Positions 31,022-38,899 of a DNA stretch of 64,000 bases are shown here, piece by piece. Positions within the stretch are counted from its first letter, which is position 1; each line of letters starts with the position of its first letter. The position numbers and the translations under genes were made by a program. The DNA is from Candidatus Eiseniibacteriota bacterium. Lineage in GTDB: Bacteria; Eisenbacteria; RBG-16-71-46. Under the pieces are notes generated by a model that worked only from the letters and a program-made list of their open reading frames with translations, ran no database searches and had not been told where the DNA came from. The stretch lies in contig JBBRLX010000003.1 in NCBI GenBank assembly GCA_038231135.1, forward strand, positions 128,001 to 192,000, in the 5' to 3' direction.

Positions 31022-31828
31022 GTAACGTCAGCGCGGCGCGGACGCGATCCTCGAGTGAGGCGTCGCCAGGTGGCGTCTCGCAATGCGCGGCTGCGCAGCG
31101 TGCTTCGTCAGCGCGGAAGCCGAGCCGTCGCAACCAGGGAATGACGTCATGCTCCGGATCCGCGGCCCGGGCCTTTGCTTCCGCGGCGGCAGCGCGCTTC
31201 TGCTGTTCGGCTGCGGCCTTTGCCTGCACACGTGCGTTCGCCGCTGCCTCCCGGGCGAGCTCACGTTTGCGCATCATGAATTCGGCTCCGAACTCGCACT
31301 TCGCCGTGTATTGATTGTGGGCCCGGCACCGTAGTACGTTCGTGAGCGAGTCCGGTCGTCGCTGCCCCGCGCGATCGCTCCTGGAATTCGATCACATCGA
31401 TCTGGTGGCGCGTGGCTTGTCCGAGGAGTTCCTCGACATCCCGCCCGGAACTACGGTGGCTCGCCAGGGACTTGGCGTACTGCAACTTGTCATAGTTGCT
31501 GTCGCCGATCGTGCGCCGCAATTCAGGCGAGCTGGGCTTGCGTTGCGACGCACACGTTTCAACGGGGTCGGGTGTTTGTTCCGCGAACAACTCTGACTCC
31601 AGGGCCACGCGCCCCGACGTGTCAGCGGGCCCCGGGGCCTGTTGCGCAGATGTCAACTTAACAGGCCCCGGGGCCTGTTCGGCGGATCCCATCGACGTAG
31701 CAATTTCGGGGGACGCCACTCCGGGGAACCGCTGCGCCAGCAGGATCACGGAGCTGTAGTGCAGCCGCTCTGCGGCGAGCTCCGGGAATATCACCGTCGG
31801 TGAGATGAGTCAGCGCATACCAGATCAT
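31022..31828 (-). pseudogene. Degraded HNH endonuclease gene with a helical C-terminal domain; contains deletions, frameshifts and an internal inversion
   Basis: Minus-strand fragments MIWYALTHLTD / IFPELAAERLHYSSVILLA / YDKLQYAKSLASH / LRCRAHNQYTAKCEFGAEFM / DVIPWLRRLGFRADEARCAAAHCE..DASLEDRVRAAL. The HNH core TFVSESGRRCPARSLLEFDHIDLVARG lies on the plus strand. Confidence 0.75.
31628..31679. repeat. 16-bp direct repeat; the second copy is part of a 20-bp perfect palindrome
   Basis: GGCCCCGGGGCCTGTT at 31628-31643 and 31664-31679. AACAGGCCCCGGGGCCTGTT (31660-31679) is self-complementary. Confidence 0.85.
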
Positions 31829-31970
31829 GGGGTCGCTCACGAGAATCGGGTGAGCGGGGGCTGTTCAGCTCAATTCCATGGCCGCCTGGTGGGGCGTCGG
31901 CTACCCATCCTCGTTGGGTCGTCAAGTTGATTCGTGGGTACAGACCGCGTACTGGCTACAAGGGTTTGCC

Positions 31971-34430
31971 TCAGTGCGGCGTCGCCGCCGCCACCGAATC
32001 GGCCCGGGCCGCGGAGTCGCGCACCGCCGCGGCCGTACTGTCGCTCGCCTGCTGGGCCGCGATGCGGGCCCAGTCGGCGGTGTGATCGCGCGTGCACATC
32101 GTGGTGGGGCTCGTGCCCTTGAGGAACGGGACGCGCATCGGCGACGGGCAGTCGCTGCGGGCCCGGCCTCCGCTCCAGGGATCGATCCAGGACAGTTCCA
32201 GGCTCGGCTCCGCGAACGGCGTGGGCGGGAAGTCGCCGATCAGCCGGTCCATCACCGCGGCCCACACCGGCAACGCGATCTCGGCGGCGGGGCGGCCGAT
32301 GCTCTGCGGCTGGTCCCAGCCCACCCACACGCCCGCCACGACGTCGGGCGTGAAGCCCACGAACCAGGCGTCGTGATAGTCGTTCGTGGTGCCGGTCTTG
32401 CCGCCCAGCGGCCGGGTGAAGCCGAATCGCGATCGCAGAGGATAGGACACCCCGAAGATCACCACGTCCTCGAGCAGGCCGGTCATCAACTCCGCGGTCT
32501 CGCGGGGCAGCACGGTCACCGCCGCGGGCGCCGCTCCCGCCTTCGCGGCGGCGCCCGAGCCGGGCAGCGCCCGCACCGGCGTCGCCGGATGGCGCACGCC
32601 GCCGTTCGGAAACGTGGAGTAGGCGTCGGTGAGCGCGGCCAGCGTGACCTCGTTGGTGCCGAGTCCGACGCTCGCCACGGGCTTCATGCCGGGCAGGCCG
32701 AACCGTTGGGCCACGCGCACCACCTGACCAGGCCCCACGGCCTCGACGAGGTTCGCGGTGGCGACGTTCAGCGACTTGGCGAGCGCCTTCGCGAGCGTCA
32801 CCGAGTCGTGATACTCGCCCTCGTCGTTGCGCGGGCTCCATGGCCCCTCGGGCGTGGGGAACTCGCGCCTGAGGTCGGGCACGGTGGAGGCCGGCGTGAA
32901 CCGCGGCCCGCCGCGGCCGGGATCGAGCGCCGTGGCGTAGACCACGGGCTTGATCGCCGAGCCCGGCTGGCGCAGGGCGTGCGTCGCACGGTTGAACGTC
33001 CCCGGGCCCGGATCGCGCCCGCCCACGACCGCGCGGATGAAGCCGGTGGTGGGGTCGATCGCGACGAACGCGCCCTCCAGCGGCTCCTGCCGGCGGCCCA
33101 GCAACCGCTCGATCGACGTGATCGCATCGGGCAGCACACGCTCGGCGTCGTCCTGCCACACCAGGTCCATCGTCGTCAGCACGGTGAGCCCGCGCTGCTC
33201 GAGCGCCTGCTTCGGCAGCCTGGCACCGAGCCATTCGCGCACCGCGCCGGTGAACGACGGGAACCGCTCGCGCTCGGGAACGCCCGGCCGCGCGCCGAGC
33301 GGATGGGTCTTCGCGCGCGCCGCGATCGCGGCCGAGATCACGCCGGTCTCCGCCATGTCGGACAGCACCGCGTTCCGCTTCGCCCGCGCGCCGGCGGGGT
33401 TGCGCAACGGGTGATACACGTTCGGAGCGGGGATCATGCCCGCGAGCAGCGCCGCCTGATCGAGCCCGAGCGAGTCGACCGGAACTCCGAAGTACCAGCG
33501 GCTCGCCTCCGCGATGCCGTCGATCTGGACGCCGCCGCCCTGACCCCAGTAGACCGAGTTCAGGTACATCTCGAGGATCTCGTCCTTCGACAGCAGGCAC
33601 TCGAGGCCCAGCGCGATCAGCGCCTCCTGCAGCTTGCGGCCGACCGTGCGGCGGGGGGTGAGGAACAGCGCGCGCGCGAGCTGCTGTGTGATCGTGCTGC
33701 CGCCCTGCCGCACCTGCCGTGCCCCGACGTTCGTCACCAGCGCGCGCAGGTTCGAGCGCAGGTCGATGCCCATGTGCCGCCGGAACCGGCGGTCCTCCGA
33801 CGCGATCACCGCGAGCTGCACCACGCGCGGGATGCGCGCCAGCGGCACCCAGGTGCGGCGGACCCGCTGGGCATCGTCGATGTGGGCGACGAACACCGGT
33901 TCGAGCCGCGGCGGGTGGCTCAGATCGGGCGGCCGCTGGCCAAGGATCGCACCGAGCCGCTCGACGGCCGTGATGCTGCCGTTGGCGATCACGACGCGCA
34001 CGCGTTCGGGCCCGCCGTGCCCTGCTGGGTCCGCCGCGTCGTCGAAGCCGCGCAGCGCGATCTCCACGCCGCGGCCGCTGGGCGCCCAGGTGCCGGGGAC
34101 GCGCGCGGGCGCGGACGTCCGGCGGTAGTCGCGGGCGTCGAGGTGCCGTTGCAGGAAGCTCATCGGCAGGTGGCGCCCGGTGACCAGTTCGACGCCGTCC
34201 GAGTAGAGACGCGACGGGAAGCTCCAGCCGGGGCCCGCGGCGCGGCGCTCGTGGAACGCGTGGACCTGGACGGCGAAGCGCGCGAACCCGGCGGCGCCCA
34301 GCGCCAGCAGCGCGGCCACGATCACCAGCAATGCCGCCACACGGTGGTGGGTGGTGGCGGCCGGCGCCCCGCCCGCCGGGCCCCGCCGCCATCCACGTAT
34401 TCCCTCGAGCTGGCGGCGCCACGCGCTCAT
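31971..34430 (-). CDS. Class A penicillin-binding protein (PBP1b-like transglycosylase/transpeptidase)
   Basis: N-terminal TM; EDRRF..H.G, GGSTITQQL, RKLQE, KDEILEMYLN; SAIK, SLN and KTG transpeptidase motifs. Confidence 0.92.
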   Translation of the reverse strand: MSAWRRQLEGIRGWRRGPAGGAPAATTHHRVAALLVIVAALLALGAAGFARFAVQVHAFHERRAAGPGWSFPSRLYSDGVELVTGRHLPMSFLQRHLDARDYRRTSAPARVPGTWAPSGRGVEIALRGFDDAADPAGHGGPERVRVVIANGSITAVERLGAILGQRPPDLSHPPRLEPVFVAHIDDAQRVRRTWVPLARIPRVVQLAVIASEDRRFRRHMGIDLRSNLRALVTNVGARQVRQGGSTITQQLARALFLTPRRTVGRKLQEALIALGLECLLSKDEILEMYLNSVYWGQGGGVQIDGIAEASRWYFGVPVDSLGLDQAALLAGMIPAPNVYHPLRNPAGARAKRNAVLSDMAETGVISAAIAARAKTHPLGARPGVPERERFPSFTGAVREWLGARLPKQALEQRGLTVLTTMDLVWQDDAERVLPDAITSIERLLGRRQEPLEGAFVAIDPTTGFIRAVVGGRDPGPGTFNRATHALRQPGSAIKPVVYATALDPGRGGPRFTPASTVPDLRREFPTPEGPWSPRNDEGEYHDSVTLAKALAKSLNVATANLVEAVGPGQVVRVAQRFGLPGMKPVASVGLGTNEVTLAALTDAYSTFPNGGVRHPATPVRALPGSGAAAKAGAAPAAVTVLPRETAELMTGLLEDVVIFGVSYPLRSRFGFTRPLGGKTGTTNDYHDAWFVGFTPDVVAGVWVGWDQPQSIGRPAAEIALPVWAAVMDRLIGDFPPTPFAEPSLELSWIDPWSGGRARSDCPSPMRVPFLKGTSPTTMCTRDHTADWARIAAQQASDSTAAAVRDSAARADSVAAATPH

Positions 34431-34437
34431 GCGCGCG

Positions 34438-35487
34438 TCAGCGAGTCGGAGTCCGCAGCGCGCGGCGTTCGGCGGTCAGGCCTTCGTGGCGGCCCTGGAT
34501 GAACTGCATCGCCTCGGCCACGTCCTCGCGGCTGCCGACGACCAGCGGCGTGCGCTCGTGCAGCGCCGCGGGCGCCAGCTCCATGATGCGGCGCGCGCCG
34601 TCCGTGGCCGTGCCGCCGGCCTCCTCGGCGATGAACGCGAGCGGCGCCGCCTCGTAGAGCACCCGCAGCTTGCCGCGGGGGTTCTTCGTGTCGCCGGGGT
34701 AGAGGTAGATCCCGCCGTACAGCAGGTTGCGATGGAAGTCCGCCACCAGCGAGCCCACGTAGCGCGAGCTGTAGGGCCGGCCGTTCGCCGCGTCCTCGGC
34801 CTTGAGCCAGTCGACGTAACGCTTCACGCCGTCGTCCCAGCGGCAGTAGTTGCCTTCGTTGACGCTGTAGATGTGGCCGCGGTCGGGGATGCGAATGCGC
34901 GGGTGCGACAGCAGGAACTCGCCGAGGCTCGGCTCGTACGTGAAGCCGTGGACGCCGTCGCCGGTGGTGTAGACCAGCATCGTGCTCGAGCCGTACATCA
35001 CGTAGCCCGCTGCGAGCTGGCGGCGGCCGGCCTGCAGGCAGTCCTCGAGCGTGCCCACGCCCTTGCGCGTGAGCCGCGGCAGGATCGAGAAGATCGTGCC
35101 GATGTTGACGCCGGCGTTGATGTTCGACGACCCGTCGAGCGGATCGAAGTTCACCACGTACTTGCCGACCGGCTTGTCGGCGTGGACGGGGACGATATCC
35201 TCGTCCTCCTCCGACGCCAGCACCGCGAGCTGGCCGGTCGAGCCGAGCACGTCGCGGATCACCTCGTGGGCGAACATGTCGAGCTTGGTGACCTTTTCGC
35301 CGTGGACGTTCTCGTCGCCGGTGTAGCCGAGGATGTCGACGAGCCCGGCGCGCGTGACCTCGCGGTTGATCATCTTGGCCGCGAGCGCGACATCCGACAG
35401 CACGCTCGTGAACTCGCCGCTGGCCTCGGGGTGAATCGCCTCCTGTTGCAGGATGAACTGCGACAGCGTCACCGCGTGGTGGGGCAT
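34438..35487 (-). CDS. fbp: Class 1 fructose-1,6-bisphosphatase
   Basis: NVHGEKVTKLD, LASEE, FDPLDGSSN, YSVNEGN, SRYVGSLVADFHR and GKLRVLYE motifs. ATG at 35487. Confidence 0.96.
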   Translation of the reverse strand: MPHHAVTLSQFILQQEAIHPEASGEFTSVLSDVALAAKMINREVTRAGLVDILGYTGDENVHGEKVTKLDMFAHEVIRDVLGSTGQLAVLASEEDEDIVPVHADKPVGKYVVNFDPLDGSSNINAGVNIGTIFSILPRLTRKGVGTLEDCLQAGRRQLAAGYVMYGSSTMLVYTTGDGVHGFTYEPSLGEFLLSHPRIRIPDRGHIYSVNEGNYCRWDDGVKRYVDWLKAEDAANGRPYSSRYVGSLVADFHRNLLYGGIYLYPGDTKNPRGKLRVLYEAAPLAFIAEEAGGTATDGARRIMELAPAALHERTPLVVGSREDVAEAMQFIQGRHEGLTAERRALRTPTR

Positions 35488-35495
35488 GCTTGGCC

Positions 35496-36890
35496 TCAGT
35501 CCGACAGGCCCGAGACGTCCTCGGGGCCCTTGAGCGCGTGGGCGCCGCCACCAACGTTCGGGAACGAGCCGGGGACGAACGGCGCGTGCTGCTCGGCCAT
35601 GGCGCGCGTGGCGTTCACGGCGAGCCGCGTGATCAGGAACGTGAACTTGTCCTCGAGCGTGCGGCCGATCGCGGCGCGCACCTCGGCGGGCAGCGACCAC
35701 AGCTCGCGCTTGAACTGCCCCAGCGCCTTCTTGCGCGTCTTGTAGAAGAACTGCTCGTCGGTGTCGCTCGGCTTGCGCTCGTCGGCCGCGCTGGTGCGGA
35801 GCTGCTCGTAGATCGCCTGCTTGAGCGCGGCCGGGAACGCGGGGTGATCGAACAGCATGTTCTGGAACTCGGTCGCCAGATGGATCTCGCACGCGCCGAG
35901 CTTCGGGAACCGGTCGAACAGCTCGGGCGGCAGCGTCGACGCCCCGTGCTGCACGGCGCCGGCCATGCCGTAGCGGGTGCGCGCGATCTCGGAGCAGCGT
36001 TCGAGCGCCGCGAAGTCGATCTTCACCAGCGCGATCGAGCCGTCGGGCAGCGGCACGCCGCCGTGGCTGGTGCCGGTCTGGATCGAGATCTTGCTGATGC
36101 CCTCGGCGCCCGGCGCCGTCTTGGCGAGCGCGCGCTGGAACACGGTCATGAACGCTTCCAGCTCCTCGGGGGTCGAGTTCTTGCCCCCGACCTCGCCGAT
36201 CTCGCCGCCCACCGACACGGTGACGCCGGCCGGCTGGTGCTGGCGGATGAACGCGGTCAGCTCGGCGCACAGCCCGCCGTTGAGCTGCTGCTGCGCCTCG
36301 TGGCCCTGCTGCGTCAGGTCCACCAGCGTCGAGGTGTCGACGTCGATGTTGTAGAACCCGAACTTCACCGCCTCGTGCGTGAGGTCCTTGACCGCCTGCA
36401 GCTCGGCCGCGGGGTCGGCCACGTACTTCTTCGCGTTGATCTGGAAGTGATCGCCCTGGATGAACACCGGGCCGCGCCAGCCTTCGCGCAGCGCCGCGGC
36501 GATCACCACGAACGTGTATTCGGCGGGACGCTGGCCGGTGTAGCTGATCTCGGAGCGGGCGATCTCGCAGATCACGGCGCCGGCGTCGAGCTTCAAGCGG
36601 GCGCGGAACAGCGCGCGCGCGGTGTCGTAGGTCAGGCCGCGGATGTTGATCGCCGGCACGGTGAAGTTCGTGGGGGTCTCACCACGGCCGCGGGCGAGGT
36701 AGAGGCCGTGGATCGACGCCGGGTAGATGCCGGCGGACCGGGCCTGCTCCATCACCCCGGCGCGCGCCGCGTCGCGAATGGCGGCAGGGCCGAACACGCC
36801 GGTCCAGACCAGCCGGTCGAGCGCCTCGGTGTTGTTCGATGCCAGTGCCGCAACGGCGTGGGAAACCTGTTCGAGCGACGTGAGTTCCAT
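35496..36890 (-). CDS. fba: Class II fructose-bisphosphate aldolase family protein with N-terminal extension
   Basis: TVPAIN, FIQGDH, GEIGEVGG, GTSHGG and VQHGAST metal-binding motifs; adjacent to fbp. Confidence 0.85.
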   Translation of the reverse strand: MELTSLEQVSHAVAALASNNTEALDRLVWTGVFGPAAIRDAARAGVMEQARSAGIYPASIHGLYLARGRGETPTNFTVPAINIRGLTYDTARALFRARLKLDAGAVICEIARSEISYTGQRPAEYTFVVIAAALREGWRGPVFIQGDHFQINAKKYVADPAAELQAVKDLTHEAVKFGFYNIDVDTSTLVDLTQQGHEAQQQLNGGLCAELTAFIRQHQPAGVTVSVGGEIGEVGGKNSTPEELEAFMTVFQRALAKTAPGAEGISKISIQTGTSHGGVPLPDGSIALVKIDFAALERCSEIARTRYGMAGAVQHGASTLPPELFDRFPKLGACEIHLATEFQNMLFDHPAFPAALKQAIYEQLRTSAADERKPSDTDEQFFYKTRKKALGQFKRELWSLPAEVRAAIGRTLEDKFTFLITRLAVNATRAMAEQHAPFVPGSFPNVGGGAHALKGPEDVSGLSD

Positions 36891-37003
36891 GGGGGTCGCG
36901 CTCCTTGGACGGAGGCCGTGCGAGGCCTAAGGGATCGAGATGGGAGCTGAGGTTGCTGCTACGAGCGCGGGGAGTATAGACCGGCTCCCATGCGCGGGCC
37001 AGC

Positions 37004-38251
37004 CTACGTGCCCAGTACCAGCACGCCCTTCTGCGTCTCGCGCAGCTCGGGGAACCGCAGCGGATCGAACGTGCCGATGCCGGGCGCGCGCTTCCAGCTC
37101 AGCAGCTCGGCGAGATCCTGCGTGCACGCGGCGGCCATGCCCATGCCGTGGCCGGTGAATCCGGCGCAGATCGCCAGATGGTGCTCGGCGTCGAGCCAGC
37201 CGACCAGCGGCCGCCCGTCGCGCGCGAACCCCATCGTGCCGGCCCAGCGGTGCTCGATCGCAACCGGTTCGGGCACCAGCTGGCGCAGCCCGGCTTCGAT
37301 CGCGTTCTGGATCGTGTCGGTGACGATCTCGTCGTAGCCGGTCTCGGTGTCGAGATCGACGTCACGCCACCCGCCGATCACGAGCCGGCGGTCGGGCGTC
37401 TGGCGCCAGTACTGATAGCCGTAGTGCGCGTAGCTCGGCCGTGGCGCCACCACGCGGTCGAGCGGCGCGGTCGAGATCACCTGGCCACGCCGCGGCTGGA
37501 TCACGCGATCGAGCGCGGGCAGCAGCCGCGGGGCGTAGGCGTTCGTGCATAGCACCAGCGAGCGCGCCCGCGTGATGCCGTGGTCGAGCCGCACCTCCCA
37601 CACGCCGCCGCTCCAGCGCGCGCTCCGCACCGGCGAGTTCGCGAAGATCCGGGCGCCGCGCTCGATCGATGCCCGCGCGAGGCCGTGCAGGAATTTGACG
37701 GGATGGAACGCGCCGTCCTCCTCGATGAGGAACGCCCCCGCGAAGTGCTCGCGCGCGGCGTCGGGCACCGCGTCCTCGAGCCGGACCTCCGTCATCGGGA
37801 AGCCTTCCGCCGCCAGCAGCGGCAGCGAGCCGCGCAGGTCCTCGGTCTCCTCCTCGCCGCGCGTGAGGCGCAGGCTGCCCGAGGCGCGGTAATCGCATTC
37901 GATGCCGAGCGTCTCCGCGAGCTGGCGGACGCGCTGGTGCGTGCGCCGGCCGATCTCGAGCATCGCCCGCGCGCCGGTGCGGCCCCAGAACGCCACCTGT
38001 TCGCTGTAGGGCTCGGCGGGTGCCACGAGCAGGAAGCCCGCGTTGCGCCCGGAGGCGGCGCCGGCAATGGGTCCGGAATCGAACACCGCCACCGTGGCGC
38101 TCTGTTCGTTCAGCGTGTGCGCGAGCGTCAGGCCGGCGATGCCGCCGCCGACGATCGCGACATCGGCGTCGAGGTCACCTTCGAACGGCGGCAGCGACAG
38201 GGCGGCGTCGTGCCACCACAGCGGGGTCGTGGATACGGGGTGGGAGGACAT
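37004..38251 (-). CDS. FAD-dependent oxidoreductase (DAO/PuuB-like)
   Basis: VAIVGGGIAG, GAASGRNAG, FHP, LCTNAY, WAGTMG, GFTGHGM. Confidence 0.88.
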   Translation of the reverse strand: MSSHPVSTTPLWWHDAALSLPPFEGDLDADVAIVGGGIAGLTLAHTLNEQSATVAVFDSGPIAGAASGRNAGFLLVAPAEPYSEQVAFWGRTGARAMLEIGRRTHQRVRQLAETLGIECDYRASGSLRLTRGEEETEDLRGSLPLLAAEGFPMTEVRLEDAVPDAAREHFAGAFLIEEDGAFHPVKFLHGLARASIERGARIFANSPVRSARWSGGVWEVRLDHGITRARSLVLCTNAYAPRLLPALDRVIQPRRGQVISTAPLDRVVAPRPSYAHYGYQYWRQTPDRRLVIGGWRDVDLDTETGYDEIVTDTIQNAIEAGLRQLVPEPVAIEHRWAGTMGFARDGRPLVGWLDAEHHLAICAGFTGHGMGMAAACTQDLAELLSWKRAPGIGTFDPLRFPELRETQKGVLVLGT

Positions 38252-38314
38252 GAGTCAACGATTGTGCACGGCCCCGGCGCGCCGCACAAGCGGCCCCGGC
38301 GCTGCCGGCGGCGT

Positions 38315-38343
38315 TTGAGCGCGGGAGGCGGGATCATTACTCT
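38315..38343 (+). promoter_or_regulatory. Putative sigma70 promoter for the Mo-hydroxylase cluster
   Basis: TTGAGC, 17 nt, TACTCT in the divergent intergenic region. Confidence 0.35.
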
Positions 38344-38398
38344 GAAGGGGAGCGGCCGGCGCGATGCCGGCGCCCCATGGCGTTCCCGAGGATCCCCG

Positions 38399-38899
38399 AT
38401 GCCCACGACTACGGTGTGCCGCCTGCACGTGAACGGCGACCTCCGGGACTGCCTCGTCACTCCGCATTCGACGCTGCTCGAGGCGCTGCGGTACGGCCTG
38501 GGCCTGACCGGATCCAAACAAGGCTGTGACAAGGGCGACTGCGGGGCGTGCACCGTGCTCGTCGACGGCACGCCGGTGCTGAGCTGCATCTCGCTCGCGC
38601 TGGCGTTCGACGGCGGGCCCGAGGTGACGACGATCGAAGGCGTTGCGGACCACGGCCGCGCGCATCCCCTGCAGGACGCGTTCGACGTCACCGGCGGGGC
38701 CCAGTGCGGGTTCTGCACGCCGGGCATCCTGCTGAGCGCGCTCGCGCTGCTGCGCGCGACTCCCGAACCCACGCGCGACGAGATCGCCCGCGCGCTGTCG
38801 GGCAATCTGTGCCGCTGCACCGGGTACACGAAGATCTACGAAGCCGTCGAGCTCGCGGCCCGCACGCTGCGCGACGCCGCGAAGCCGGCGGCGCGGTGA
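38399..38899 (+). CDS. Mo-hydroxylase small [2Fe-2S] subunit (HcrC/CoxS-like)
   Basis: KQGCDKGDCGACTV...SC, QCGFCTPG and NLCRCTGY motifs. Confidence 0.93.
   Translation: MPTTTVCRLHVNGDLRDCLVTPHSTLLEALRYGLGLTGSKQGCDKGDCGACTVLVDGTPVLSCISLALAFDGGPEVTTIEGVADHGRAHPLQDAFDVTGGAQCGFCTPGILLSALALLRATPEPTRDEIARALSGNLCRCTGYTKIYEAVELAARTLRDAAKPAAR

Noticed and set aside
31878..34502. 874-aa plus-strand and 850-aa minus-strand ORFs overlapping the PBP gene
   Set aside because: Shadow frames of the PBP1 gene, which carries all the expected motifs.
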